From the NCBI RefSeq assembly GCF_000009705.1, contig NC_003272.1, positions 5,280,001 to 5,312,000 of the forward strand: DNA of 32,000 bases. Reading direction: 5' to 3'. The DNA is from Nostoc sp. PCC 7120 = FACHB-418 (GTDB lineage Bacteria > Cyanobacteriota > Cyanobacteriia > Cyanobacteriales > Nostocaceae). The notes under the pieces are model-generated. The model worked only from the letters and a program-made list of their open reading frames with translations. It had not been told where the DNA came from and did no database searches. A program made the position numbers and the translations under genes. Below are positions 1-6,954 of this stretch, piece by piece. Each line of letters starts with the position of its first letter. Positions within the stretch are counted from its first letter, which is position 1.

Positions 1-362
1 AACTGACTGTGATATATATCCCCATCCAGGGAAATTATTGTGGGAAAATCTGCCCCATCAGCCTGTAAAGTGCCGTTCTTTAACTGATTGGTCAATCCTA
101 GCAACTTAGTAACAACATCACCGCTACCCTGTGCCTCACATTCCACCCGAAAAGCATTACCATTATCTAACTTAGGTTGCGTTGCATTAAAATTTTTTGC
201 AGCTTGGTTACAAAAGTCTCCCAAGGCGCTGCCAACTAGAACTTTGACTTTTAAACCCGTAAAATTATCTGTTGAGTTGGAGTTACTGTTACAAGCGGTT
301 AGTAACAGAACACCAAAAACTGCTACGAGGCGTATTTTTAACCAAGACCCTTTGAGAATCAT
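1..362 (-). CDS. Putative lipoprotein, N-terminal part only (continues past the left window edge); possibly a periplasmic-binding-protein-like domain
   Basis: Missing from the ORF track because it runs off the window. The minus-strand ATG (plus-strand cat at 360-362) translates to MILKGSWLKIRLVAVFGVLLLTACNSNSNS..., open to position 1. This is a signal peptide with lipobox LLTAC. It explains why the overlapping plus-strand ORF 88..390 looks like a shadow. Confidence 0.6.
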   Translation of the reverse strand, partial: MILKGSWLKIRLVAVFGVLLLTACNSNSNSTDNFTGLKVKVLVGSALGDFCNQAAKNFNATQPKLDNGNAFRVECEAQGSGDVVTKLLGLTNQLKNGTLQADGADFPTIISLDGDIYHSQ

Positions 363-719
363 GTATTTATCCCAGCAAGTCGTTTATTGAAAATCGTTGC
401 GCGCTCTAACTACTAGCCATACATTTATTAACACAATATTAGTGCCTGATTACACCAATACCCATCACAACCACAAATCCTTACCAGAGGATTCCTGAAA
501 ACCTGCAAAACAAATTAATGAACGCTCAGGAAAAAATACATCGCATTTATGTGATAATCAGAACTCGTCAGTATTATTCCCCATCAAGACAGACTTCTTA
601 AGGGTTAAGAAATTAAAATTTTGTTAAAAACCACTAAAAGCCGATGGGGAAACCGATGTTGTTTTGCCTTTATGGCAAGATAGAATACATAGGCCTTACT
701 TAACTACAGGGAATCTCTT

Positions 720-1358
720 ATGGCTCTCCGTCTTGGTGATACAGTACCCAACTTTACACAAGCGTCTACACATGGCGACATAGATTTTTACGCATGGGCT
801 GGTGATAGCTGGGTTGTGCTGTTTTCTCACCCTGCTGACTATACCCCAGTTTGTACAACTGAATTAGGAACAGTTGCCAAACTGAAACCAGAATTTGACA
901 AGCGCAATGTGAAAGCGATCGCTCTTAGCGTTGATGATGTAGAATCTCACAACGGTTGGGTAGGCGACATTGAAGAAACTCAAAGCACCACACTCAACTA
1001 CCCCATTTTGGCAGATGCAGATCGTAAAGTTTCTGACCTTTACGACATGATTCATCCTAATGCGAATGCAGCTGTAACAGTGCGTTCAGTATTTGTGATT
1101 GATCCCAACAAAAAACTCCGTCTCACCTTCACCTATCCCCCCAGCACCGGACGTAACTTTGATGAACTGTTGCGAGTCATCGATTCCTTGCAACTCACCG
1201 ACAACTACAGCGTCGCTACCCCAGCCGACTGGAAAGATGGCGATAAGGTTGTCATCGTTCCCTCCCTCAAAGACCCCGAAGTCTTAAAAGAAAAATTCCC
1301 TAAAGGTTACGAAGTAGTCAAACCCTATTTGCGGTTAACTCCTCAACCTAACAAGTAA
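720..1358 (+). CDS. 1-Cys peroxiredoxin (Prx6-type thiol peroxidase)
   Basis: 212 aa. Has the hallmark FSHPADYTPVCTTELG peroxidatic-Cys motif, and the length and C-terminal extension typical of 1-Cys Prx. Confidence 0.95.
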   Translation: MALRLGDTVPNFTQASTHGDIDFYAWAGDSWVVLFSHPADYTPVCTTELGTVAKLKPEFDKRNVKAIALSVDDVESHNGWVGDIEETQSTTLNYPILADADRKVSDLYDMIHPNANAAVTVRSVFVIDPNKKLRLTFTYPPSTGRNFDELLRVIDSLQLTDNYSVATPADWKDGDKVVIVPSLKDPEVLKEKFPKGYEVVKPYLRLTPQPNK

Positions 1359-1426
1359 TGATTGCTGAGTGAGAATAACTACTCAATATTGAGTAGATAA
1401 ATTTTTAAATCAATTCGTTTACAAGA

Positions 1427-1453
1427 CGCAAAGCTTTATCTTTGCGTTTTTTT
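1427..1453 (+). terminator. Rho-independent terminator after the peroxiredoxin gene
   Basis: Stem cgcaaag (1427-1433) pairs with ctttgcg (1440-1446), with a 6-nt loop, followed by T7 (1447-1453). Confidence 0.7.
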
Positions 1454-1497
1454 GTATTTACGTAAGAATGGAAAATAAAGTCAGCTTTTAAAATATT

Positions 1498-2082
1498 ATG
1501 CTGTCATCTTCCTTAGTGATCCAAATGCCGCCATCAATGCAAATGACAGACGAACAATTCTTTGATTTCTGTCAAGTAAATCGTGATCTACGCATTGAAA
1601 TGAATCAATTCGGAGAAATATCAATTATGCCACCTACAGGTTCAGAGACAGGAAATCGTAACTTTAATGTAGCTTTACAGCTAGGAGTTTGGTCAGAAAA
1701 AGATGGTACAGGTATTTGTTTTGACTCCAGTACAGGCTTTACATTATCCACGGGTGCAAAACGCTCTCCTGATGCTTCCTGGATGAAAGTAGAACGGTGG
1801 AATGCTTTATCATCAGAACAAAAACAAAGATTTGCACCGATTTGTCCTGATTTTGTCATTGAATTGCGATCGCCTAGCGACAACCTCCAACCCCTCAAAG
1901 ATAAAATGGCAGAATATATGCAAGAGCCAGGGGTACAATTAGGTTTTTTGATTGACCGCAAACATCGCCAAGTTTATATTTATCGTCCTGGTCAATCAGA
2001 AGAATGTCTAGAAAATCCTGAGACAGTTAGCGCACATCCAATTTTACCAGGATTTTCCTTGAATATGTCTAAAATTTGGTAA
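1498..2082 (+). CDS. Uma2 family (DUF820) PD-(D/E)xK-type putative endonuclease
   Basis: 194 aa with the typical Uma2 layout: MTDEQFFDF..., SPDASW..., PDFVIELRSPSD..., K..Y...GV..G.LID. This family is highly expanded in cyanobacteria. The start is ambiguous, with several in-frame Met codons in the first 16 codons. Confidence 0.85.
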   Translation: MLSSSLVIQMPPSMQMTDEQFFDFCQVNRDLRIEMNQFGEISIMPPTGSETGNRNFNVALQLGVWSEKDGTGICFDSSTGFTLSTGAKRSPDASWMKVERWNALSSEQKQRFAPICPDFVIELRSPSDNLQPLKDKMAEYMQEPGVQLGFLIDRKHRQVYIYRPGQSEECLENPETVSAHPILPGFSLNMSKIW

Positions 2083-2091
2083 TTCTCCACA

Positions 2092-2131
2092 ACACCCCTA
2101 CACCCCTACACCCTTAAACCCCTACACCCCT
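2092..2131. repeat. Five tandem octamer units of ACACCCCT (two degenerate: ACACCCTT, AAACCCCT)
   Basis: Read directly from the sequence: acacccct acacccct acaccctt aaacccct acacccct, followed by T7. The array lies between the convergent Uma2 and STAND genes. It supplies the last codons (KKGV) and the stop codon of the STAND ORF. Confidence 0.8.
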
Positions 2132-3600
2132 TTTTTTATAATTGTTGTGATATTACAAGCAATATAACCAGTTGCTAAAGGGGATTTATCATTTAAAAGT
2201 AATAAAATTTGTTGAAGATTCTGTACGAGATTTGCTCCATAAATCTGCCAGAGTTTTTCTTGTAGTTGATGCAAAATGCGATCGCCTACAATATCATCAC
2301 TACCCGGACGCAATAACCAATGGGTTCGCAGAACTTTAAAATCAGCGATATCTTGACTCTGCATCACCTGAATTATCTCTTGAGTTGCACGTTCTACTAA
2401 TTCATCAGTGACAATTTTCATCACCAGTGGTTGCAAGGTAAAAGCTGGTGCATCACTACAAATCCATTTTTCTAAAAGCGATCGCCTCTCCAAGCTGACA
2501 ATTGCTGCTAAAACTGTGGCAGGATCAAGAGAAATGAGTAAATTAGTTTGCAATCGGCTAAAAGAAATGGGTTGTTGCCAGATTGCTAACCAATAGAGAA
2601 TCTCTTGTTCTAAATCACTCAGTTGTTCAAATTGTTGTTGGAGGATAGCACGTAAGCGATCGCCAATTACTATCGTATTTTGACTCAGAAAAGCCGCAAT
2701 ATTCCCACCAAACACCGACTGAATCAATGGGGTGACAAGTTTTAGTGCTAAAGGATTACCGCGATAAAGTTGAATTAATGTTGATAGTCCGAGTTCCTTA
2801 CCTGTGAATCCTCTCCCTTGCAATAGTTCTACAGCCGCAGCTTTTGGTAATCCTGTTAACGTGAGACTGTGAACAGTTTTTGTATTCGATTCAATGATGT
2901 TGGGTTGCTGACGACTGGTGAGAAGAATACAACTTTGATGGCGATCGAGGCTTAATTGCTGGATGAATTGATGATAGTGCTTTTCTGACTCATCCAAACC
3001 ATCAAGTATTAATAAATACCGACGCTGTTGCAGATGGTGAATAAGTTTTGCTGTGTCTTGGGGAATATCATCAACAGGAGTTTCCTTAAAGGTGTGGAGA
3101 AGTCCATCTAACAGCGAAACCAGGGATGGTGCAGAATGAAGGGTTTTCCAGATTAAACCATCAAATTGTAACTGAAGGCGGTCAGCTAAAGCCAGTGCTA
3201 GAGCCGTTTTGCCAATGCCAGCAATCCCTGTAATAGTGATTAGTTTACAGCGATGGGCTAAAATCCATTGCTCTATCTGAGCTAATTCCTGAATGCGTCC
3301 ATAAAAGCTTTCAACATCAGGTGCTTCATCCCAGTCGAGGTATTGTGTAGAGAGTTCCTCTAAGTCTGTATGAGGGATTTCTGCAATACTTTGCCAATCG
3401 TTAATGCCAACAGCCTGACAGATAGCGATGAAAATTTCTTGTTGAATGCGATCGCCTTGCCAAAATCGCCGTAAAGTAGCTCTAGAAGTGTGAGCATCTT
3501 GCCACCAACGCGCCGTGCTGGTTTTCGTCCAGCCAAGACGTTTTCGCGCCTTGTCTACAATGGTCAGTCCAGTCGTTGATGCTTTGAGCGAGTTTGACAT
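2122..3600 (-). CDS. STAND NTPase: N-terminal HTH-like domain, NB-ARC (AP-ATPase) module and winged helix, with no C-terminal repeat sensor
   Basis: 492 aa. Walker A is GIAGIGKTALALA, Walker B is RRYLLILDGLDE, the sensor-I-like motif is ILLTSR, and the NB-ARC GxP motif is RGNPLALKL. The N-terminus (GWTKTSTARWWQDAHTSRATLRRFWQGDRIQQEIFIAICQAVGINDW) resembles the HTH module found at the front of many cyanobacterial STAND/WD40 proteins. Confidence 0.85.
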   Translation of the reverse strand: MSNSLKASTTGLTIVDKARKRLGWTKTSTARWWQDAHTSRATLRRFWQGDRIQQEIFIAICQAVGINDWQSIAEIPHTDLEELSTQYLDWDEAPDVESFYGRIQELAQIEQWILAHRCKLITITGIAGIGKTALALALADRLQLQFDGLIWKTLHSAPSLVSLLDGLLHTFKETPVDDIPQDTAKLIHHLQQRRYLLILDGLDESEKHYHQFIQQLSLDRHQSCILLTSRQQPNIIESNTKTVHSLTLTGLPKAAAVELLQGRGFTGKELGLSTLIQLYRGNPLALKLVTPLIQSVFGGNIAAFLSQNTIVIGDRLRAILQQQFEQLSDLEQEILYWLAIWQQPISFSRLQTNLLISLDPATVLAAIVSLERRSLLEKWICSDAPAFTLQPLVMKIVTDELVERATQEIIQVMQSQDIADFKVLRTHWLLRPGSDDIVGDRILHQLQEKLWQIYGANLVQNLQQILLLLNDKSPLATGYIACNITTIIKKGV

Positions 3601-3628
3601 ATATCTGTTAAGTGAGCAGATTGTCTTG
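3448..3628. repeat. Direct repeat copy 1 (STAND gene codons 1-51 plus 28 nt of leader)
   Basis: Aligns without indels to 4433-4613 (offset 985 bp), with 11 mismatches in 181 nt by hand alignment. The left boundary is a HIP1 site (GCGATCGC at 3448). Confidence 0.9.
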
Positions 3629-3692
3629 ATATTTTTCTACTAGATGCTGTGTTTTAACATCGCCTTGCCACAATCTGCTGTGTATCCTAGTT

Positions 3693-4055
3693 TTAGCCTG
3701 AATCACCATAAAAATCAGCCAGAATATCTCGAATTTCATTAGCACCAATATCTTCTCGATCAGATTTAGAATAGATTGTTAGCAACACAATATTCGTGGG
3801 TGAATCAACTTGATAAATCAGTCGGTATCCAGCACTTTTACCTTTTTGGATATTACTGTTGCGAACTCTCACCTTGTAAACAAAATATTCTTCCCCAAAT
3901 CCGCTAATTCTATCGCCTACAAAATCCCCTTGTTGTAACTGCTCGATAATCGGTTGGACATCAGAGCGAATCTTGCGGAATCTTTTTGAGAGTCTGTAAA
4001 GTTCTGCCTCAAACTCATCGGAGAAACGAATTGATACTGTGTTGTCACTCTGCAT
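3693..4055 (-). CDS. RelE/ParE-family type II toxin
   Basis: Has family-typical blocks (YRLIYQV, VLLTIYSKSDREDI) and small size. I prefer the ATG at 4055, which overlaps the antitoxin stop by 11 nt (ATGCAGAGTGA), over the track start at 4076. Confidence 0.85.
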   Translation of the reverse strand: MQSDNTVSIRFSDEFEAELYRLSKRFRKIRSDVQPIIEQLQQGDFVGDRISGFGEEYFVYKVRVRNSNIQKGKSAGYRLIYQVDSPTNIVLLTIYSKSDREDIGANEIRDILADFYGDSG

Positions 4056-4302
4056 CAATTCTGTCCCATAGCTCACTAATTGGTCTTGTTTGACCCATCT
4101 TTGCTTGCTGTAAGGCTCTCCTCAAGCTGGCTTTAATTTCCTCAACTGGTGTATCGTCTGGGTCAAACTCTTCTGTTTCTTCCTGTTCTGGAATTAACAC
4201 AATCACCCGTACTTGATCAGGGTAAGTTGTTCCCTGAATCGGCTGATCTAAAATTAAATTTCCTTGAGCATCTATTTTGCCAGTTACTTCGATCGCTTTC
4301 AT
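4045..4302 (-). CDS. Putative cognate antitoxin
   Basis: A small acidic protein directly upstream of the toxin and overlapping it. The C-terminal ...LRRALQQAKMGQTRPISELWDRID block is typical of cyanobacterial antitoxins. I prefer the ATG at 4302 (MKAIEVTGK...) over the GTG at 4359. Confidence 0.65.
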   Translation of the reverse strand: MKAIEVTGKIDAQGNLILDQPIQGTTYPDQVRVIVLIPEQEETEEFDPDDTPVEEIKASLRRALQQAKMGQTRPISELWDRIDAE

Positions 4303-4414
4303 CTTGGCTCTACCAGATTTTGTAGGAGATCCTAACACGCCCAAATACAAGCCACGCACCCTTCAATATCGGCAATCTATGCGATCGCCTCTTTATTCTA
4401 AAACCTGAATGCGA

Positions 4415-4585
4415 TCACACAGTGATGTGTAGGCGATCGCCCTGCCAAAATCGCCGTAAAGTAGCTCTAGAAGTGTGAGCATCTTGCCACCAACGCGCCG
4501 TACTAGTTTTCGTCCACCCAAGACGTTTTCGTACCTTATCTACAATTGTCAGTCCAGTTGTTGATGCTTTGAGCGAGTTTGACAT
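4415..4585 (-). pseudogene. Truncated duplicate of the STAND N-terminus (56 codons: MSNSLKASTTGLTIVDKVRKRLGWTKTSTARWWQDAHTSRATLRRFWQGDRLHITV*)
   Basis: Hand translation of the second repeat copy. It matches the first 51 residues of the 2122..3600 protein except A18V, then diverges and stops. It falls below the ORF-track length cut-off. Confidence 0.7.
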
Positions 4586-4613
4586 ATATCTGTTAACTGA
4601 GTAGATTGTCTCT
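4433..4613. repeat. Direct repeat copy 2 (see 3448-3628)
   Basis: About 94% identical to copy 1. It also begins at a HIP1 site (4433-4440). Confidence 0.9.
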
Positions 4614-4690
4614 ATTTTGCCTTAATATAACCTCCATTTGCGCTTGATAAATAGAGCAATAAATTAGCCATATGGGTCAATATAATGTTA

Positions 4691-5836
4691 CTACTCTTCT
4701 AATATTTCATCTTCGGCGTTAACATATTCTTCTTCTACATTGAACTCGACTTTACTCTGTAAAACTATTTCCTCTATTACATTTCTACCTCTATTTCGTT
4801 CTAAAATTGTTTCAAGGCGACTCATTAATTCTGGAATGTTTATTACTTCTTCTATTGCCATCATATATCTATTGACAATAGCTTTAACTTTATATCTGAT
4901 AGTTGCCTGTTCCTTAATTTTGTCCAATATCTTCTGAATTGGCTGCTCAGTTTTTACAACAAACGTAATTGGATACCTTTGAACCTTATCAATATCTAGA
5001 AAATACTTACCAGCATCTATAGTTTCTGTTACCTGAAAGAAACGACCAAGAGGTTTCATTACAAAGTCTATGCCGCCATCATTAGCATTTGTACGACCTG
5101 TCTTATAAAGTATTAAAGATTCAAGATTAATCTCGTCTAGAGACCAACCCCAATATATCTGTTGTTCACCATAATATTCTTTTAAAATCGCATAACTAAC
5201 AATTTCAAAAACTCTAGCGTCTATATTTGGTCGTAGTAGATTTCGGATAAATGCTAAAGCACGTTCGCTGTCTTGTTGTATAGCCATCATTTCTTGGCAA
5301 TAGTTTACAAAATCGTTGAATGCGTCCGTTCTAGCTTTCACATAAGCATCAATGATATCCTTAACAGCTTCAGCAATATTTACCTGAAAGTTATTAATTG
5401 TAAACCTTAGTAGATTTTCGTTGATCCAATATCGATTGGTTACTTGGTCTCTGATAATTGGAACATAAACAGATGTAGGAAAGTATTTTTTAAATTCTGC
5501 ATTTAAGCGGTTATTTAGTGCATGATTTTGAAGTTTTTTACCAAAAGGTAGCTCTCTCTGTCTCTGAAATAAAACAGAGTATTGAACACCTTGATAATCC
5601 TCATAACCATTGTTTAGATGAAACTCTTTGTTCAAGTAGTCTTCAACTAGAACATAAATTGCATAGTGGTTAGCGAATGATGCTCTTGATTTTGAGCCAC
5701 GGTTTGCAGCTTTAGTTTTAATATTTAAATACTGTAATAACTCACTATACTCTAATATTTGATTACCATAGCTAGGAAAATAAGAATTGAGAATTGCAAC
5801 TATATTTTGGGTAAACTCATGCTGTGGTATCGGCAT
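4691..5836 (-). CDS. Putative type II restriction endonuclease (Mrr-like PD-(D/E)xK core)
   Basis: 381 aa, translationally coupled to the upstream methyltransferase by a 20-nt overlap. The block VFEIVSYAILKEYYG...KTGRTNANDGGIDFVMKP...FFQVTE resembles the Mrr-type catalytic core (FE...G...DGGID...Q.x). Specificity is unknown. Confidence 0.6.
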   Translation of the reverse strand: MPIPQHEFTQNIVAILNSYFPSYGNQILEYSELLQYLNIKTKAANRGSKSRASFANHYAIYVLVEDYLNKEFHLNNGYEDYQGVQYSVLFQRQRELPFGKKLQNHALNNRLNAEFKKYFPTSVYVPIIRDQVTNRYWINENLLRFTINNFQVNIAEAVKDIIDAYVKARTDAFNDFVNYCQEMMAIQQDSERALAFIRNLLRPNIDARVFEIVSYAILKEYYGEQQIYWGWSLDEINLESLILYKTGRTNANDGGIDFVMKPLGRFFQVTETIDAGKYFLDIDKVQRYPITFVVKTEQPIQKILDKIKEQATIRYKVKAIVNRYMMAIEEVINIPELMSRLETILERNRGRNVIEEIVLQSKVEFNVEEEYVNAEDEILEE

Positions 5837-6704
5837 TAAAAAGGCTCTGCTGTAATGAATCTAAACTCTGATGACTTTTATTTCTGCTAATATGTGTTTT
5901 AATTGGTGGTGAAAGTTGTTCTCCCTTATATTCTTCCCAACCTAATACACGTCTTAAACCTATTTTCAAATATTCTTCTTGAGACTCTATACTAATTGAT
6001 TTTCTCCCTAAACGCTTTGCTACAGAAGCAACTGTAAACGTCCCCGCAAAGGGATCTAATACCAAACTATCTTCATTGCTACTGGACAAAATAATTCTTT
6101 CTATTAATGATTCTGGTTTCTGTGAAGGATGATTTTCATATTCTGGCATCCGATATCTCACACGAGAAAAATACCAAACATTGCCAGGCACTTTCTCTGT
6201 ATTGTATGGTGCTGGAACTGCCTTTCTATAATCAATTAATTTTCGTTGTGCGCCAGTTTTCGCTTCAATTTTGATTTCTTCTGAATTAAAAATATAATTA
6301 CTTTTGTTCTTAACACAATGAAGTATCGGTTCATACATAGAACCGAAATACTTAGTTGCTTGAACTCCAGAACTATCATAATGCCATACTATTCGACTCA
6401 GAATTGTTAATTTCTGCCGCAAATAAATATCAAAATATGGCATGGCTTGTGTACTGGTCATAACATAAATAGTTCCGTGAGATTTTAGCACCCGAATGCA
6501 CTCATCTAGCCATTTATAAGCCCAGTTTGCATATTCTTCCTCAGATTCCCATTTATCATGAAAGTTAGAGAAATGTTTTCCTATGTTGTACGGGGGGTCT
6601 ATAAAAATAAGATCTACAGATTCACTTGGAATGTTACTTGACAAAATATTTAAGGCATCTCCATGAAATAAGATGTGTGCTTCGTCTTCATATGTTTCAA
6701 ACAT
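5817..6704 (-). CDS. Beta-class N6-adenine/N4-cytosine DNA methyltransferase (N6_N4_Mtase family); the DPPY motif favours m6A
   Basis: Motif IV (IFIDPPYNIG) precedes motif I (VLDPFAGTFTVA), the beta-class order. The HPSQKPESLIERII block is also present. Confidence 0.9.
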   Translation of the reverse strand: MFETYEDEAHILFHGDALNILSSNIPSESVDLIFIDPPYNIGKHFSNFHDKWESEEEYANWAYKWLDECIRVLKSHGTIYVMTSTQAMPYFDIYLRQKLTILSRIVWHYDSSGVQATKYFGSMYEPILHCVKNKSNYIFNSEEIKIEAKTGAQRKLIDYRKAVPAPYNTEKVPGNVWYFSRVRYRMPEYENHPSQKPESLIERIILSSSNEDSLVLDPFAGTFTVASVAKRLGRKSISIESQEEYLKIGLRRVLGWEEYKGEQLSPPIKTHISRNKSHQSLDSLQQSLFNADTTA

Positions 6705-6954
6705 TATGTTATTAATCTATAAATAAAACTAAACAGGTTTAATATTATAGCTATTAATACTATTTTTAGTAAACAATATAAATAATTTAGAACAACTGTT
6801 TCAATTCTTGATATTCTGCACAAGCAAGCAGTATTTGGTACTAATGTGATAAGTGAACCAACTACTGAGCATCAAGTGAACACAAAACTGAGCATATCTG
6901 CCGAGTAAACGCGCTTACGCTAGAGACATAACAAAACAGCGCGAGGTAACGAAT

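Noticed and set aside
88-390. 100-aa plus-strand ORF from the track
   Set aside because: It lies antisense to a much more convincing minus-strand lipoprotein N-terminus (signal peptide plus lipobox, open to the window edge). Its own sequence has no recognisable features. I treat it as a shadow ORF.
551-564. Fur/PerR-box-like GTGATAATCAGAAC upstream of the peroxiredoxin gene, and a TTGTTT-16-TAGAAT promoter-like pair at 659-686
   Set aside because: Only a half-site-quality match in AT-rich DNA. I cannot score it against a matrix, and chance occurrence is plausible. It is worth testing only if a Fur-family regulon is being mapped.
1605-1961. 118-aa minus-strand ORF, together with similar antisense ORFs (864..1055, 2408..2596, 7279..7503, 8820..9026, 8864..9217, 9861..10052, 10937..11149, 11164..11391, 12757..13014, 13585..13785, 18711..18908, 23605..23829, 23725..23928, 28210..28422, 28426..28641, 29395..29808)
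   Set aside because: Each is fully embedded antisense, or out of frame, within a CDS that has clear family motifs. None shows motifs of its own.
2092-2131. Possibility that the short tandem repeats represent a CRISPR array
   Set aside because: The units are 8 bp and contiguous, with no spacers and no cas genes in the window. This is a microsatellite-like repeat, not a CRISPR array.
2088-2149. 7-bp stem (cacaaca / tgttgtg) enclosing the octamer array as a terminator
   Set aside because: A 48-nt loop with a short AT-containing stem is unlikely to be stable, and there is no supporting evidence.
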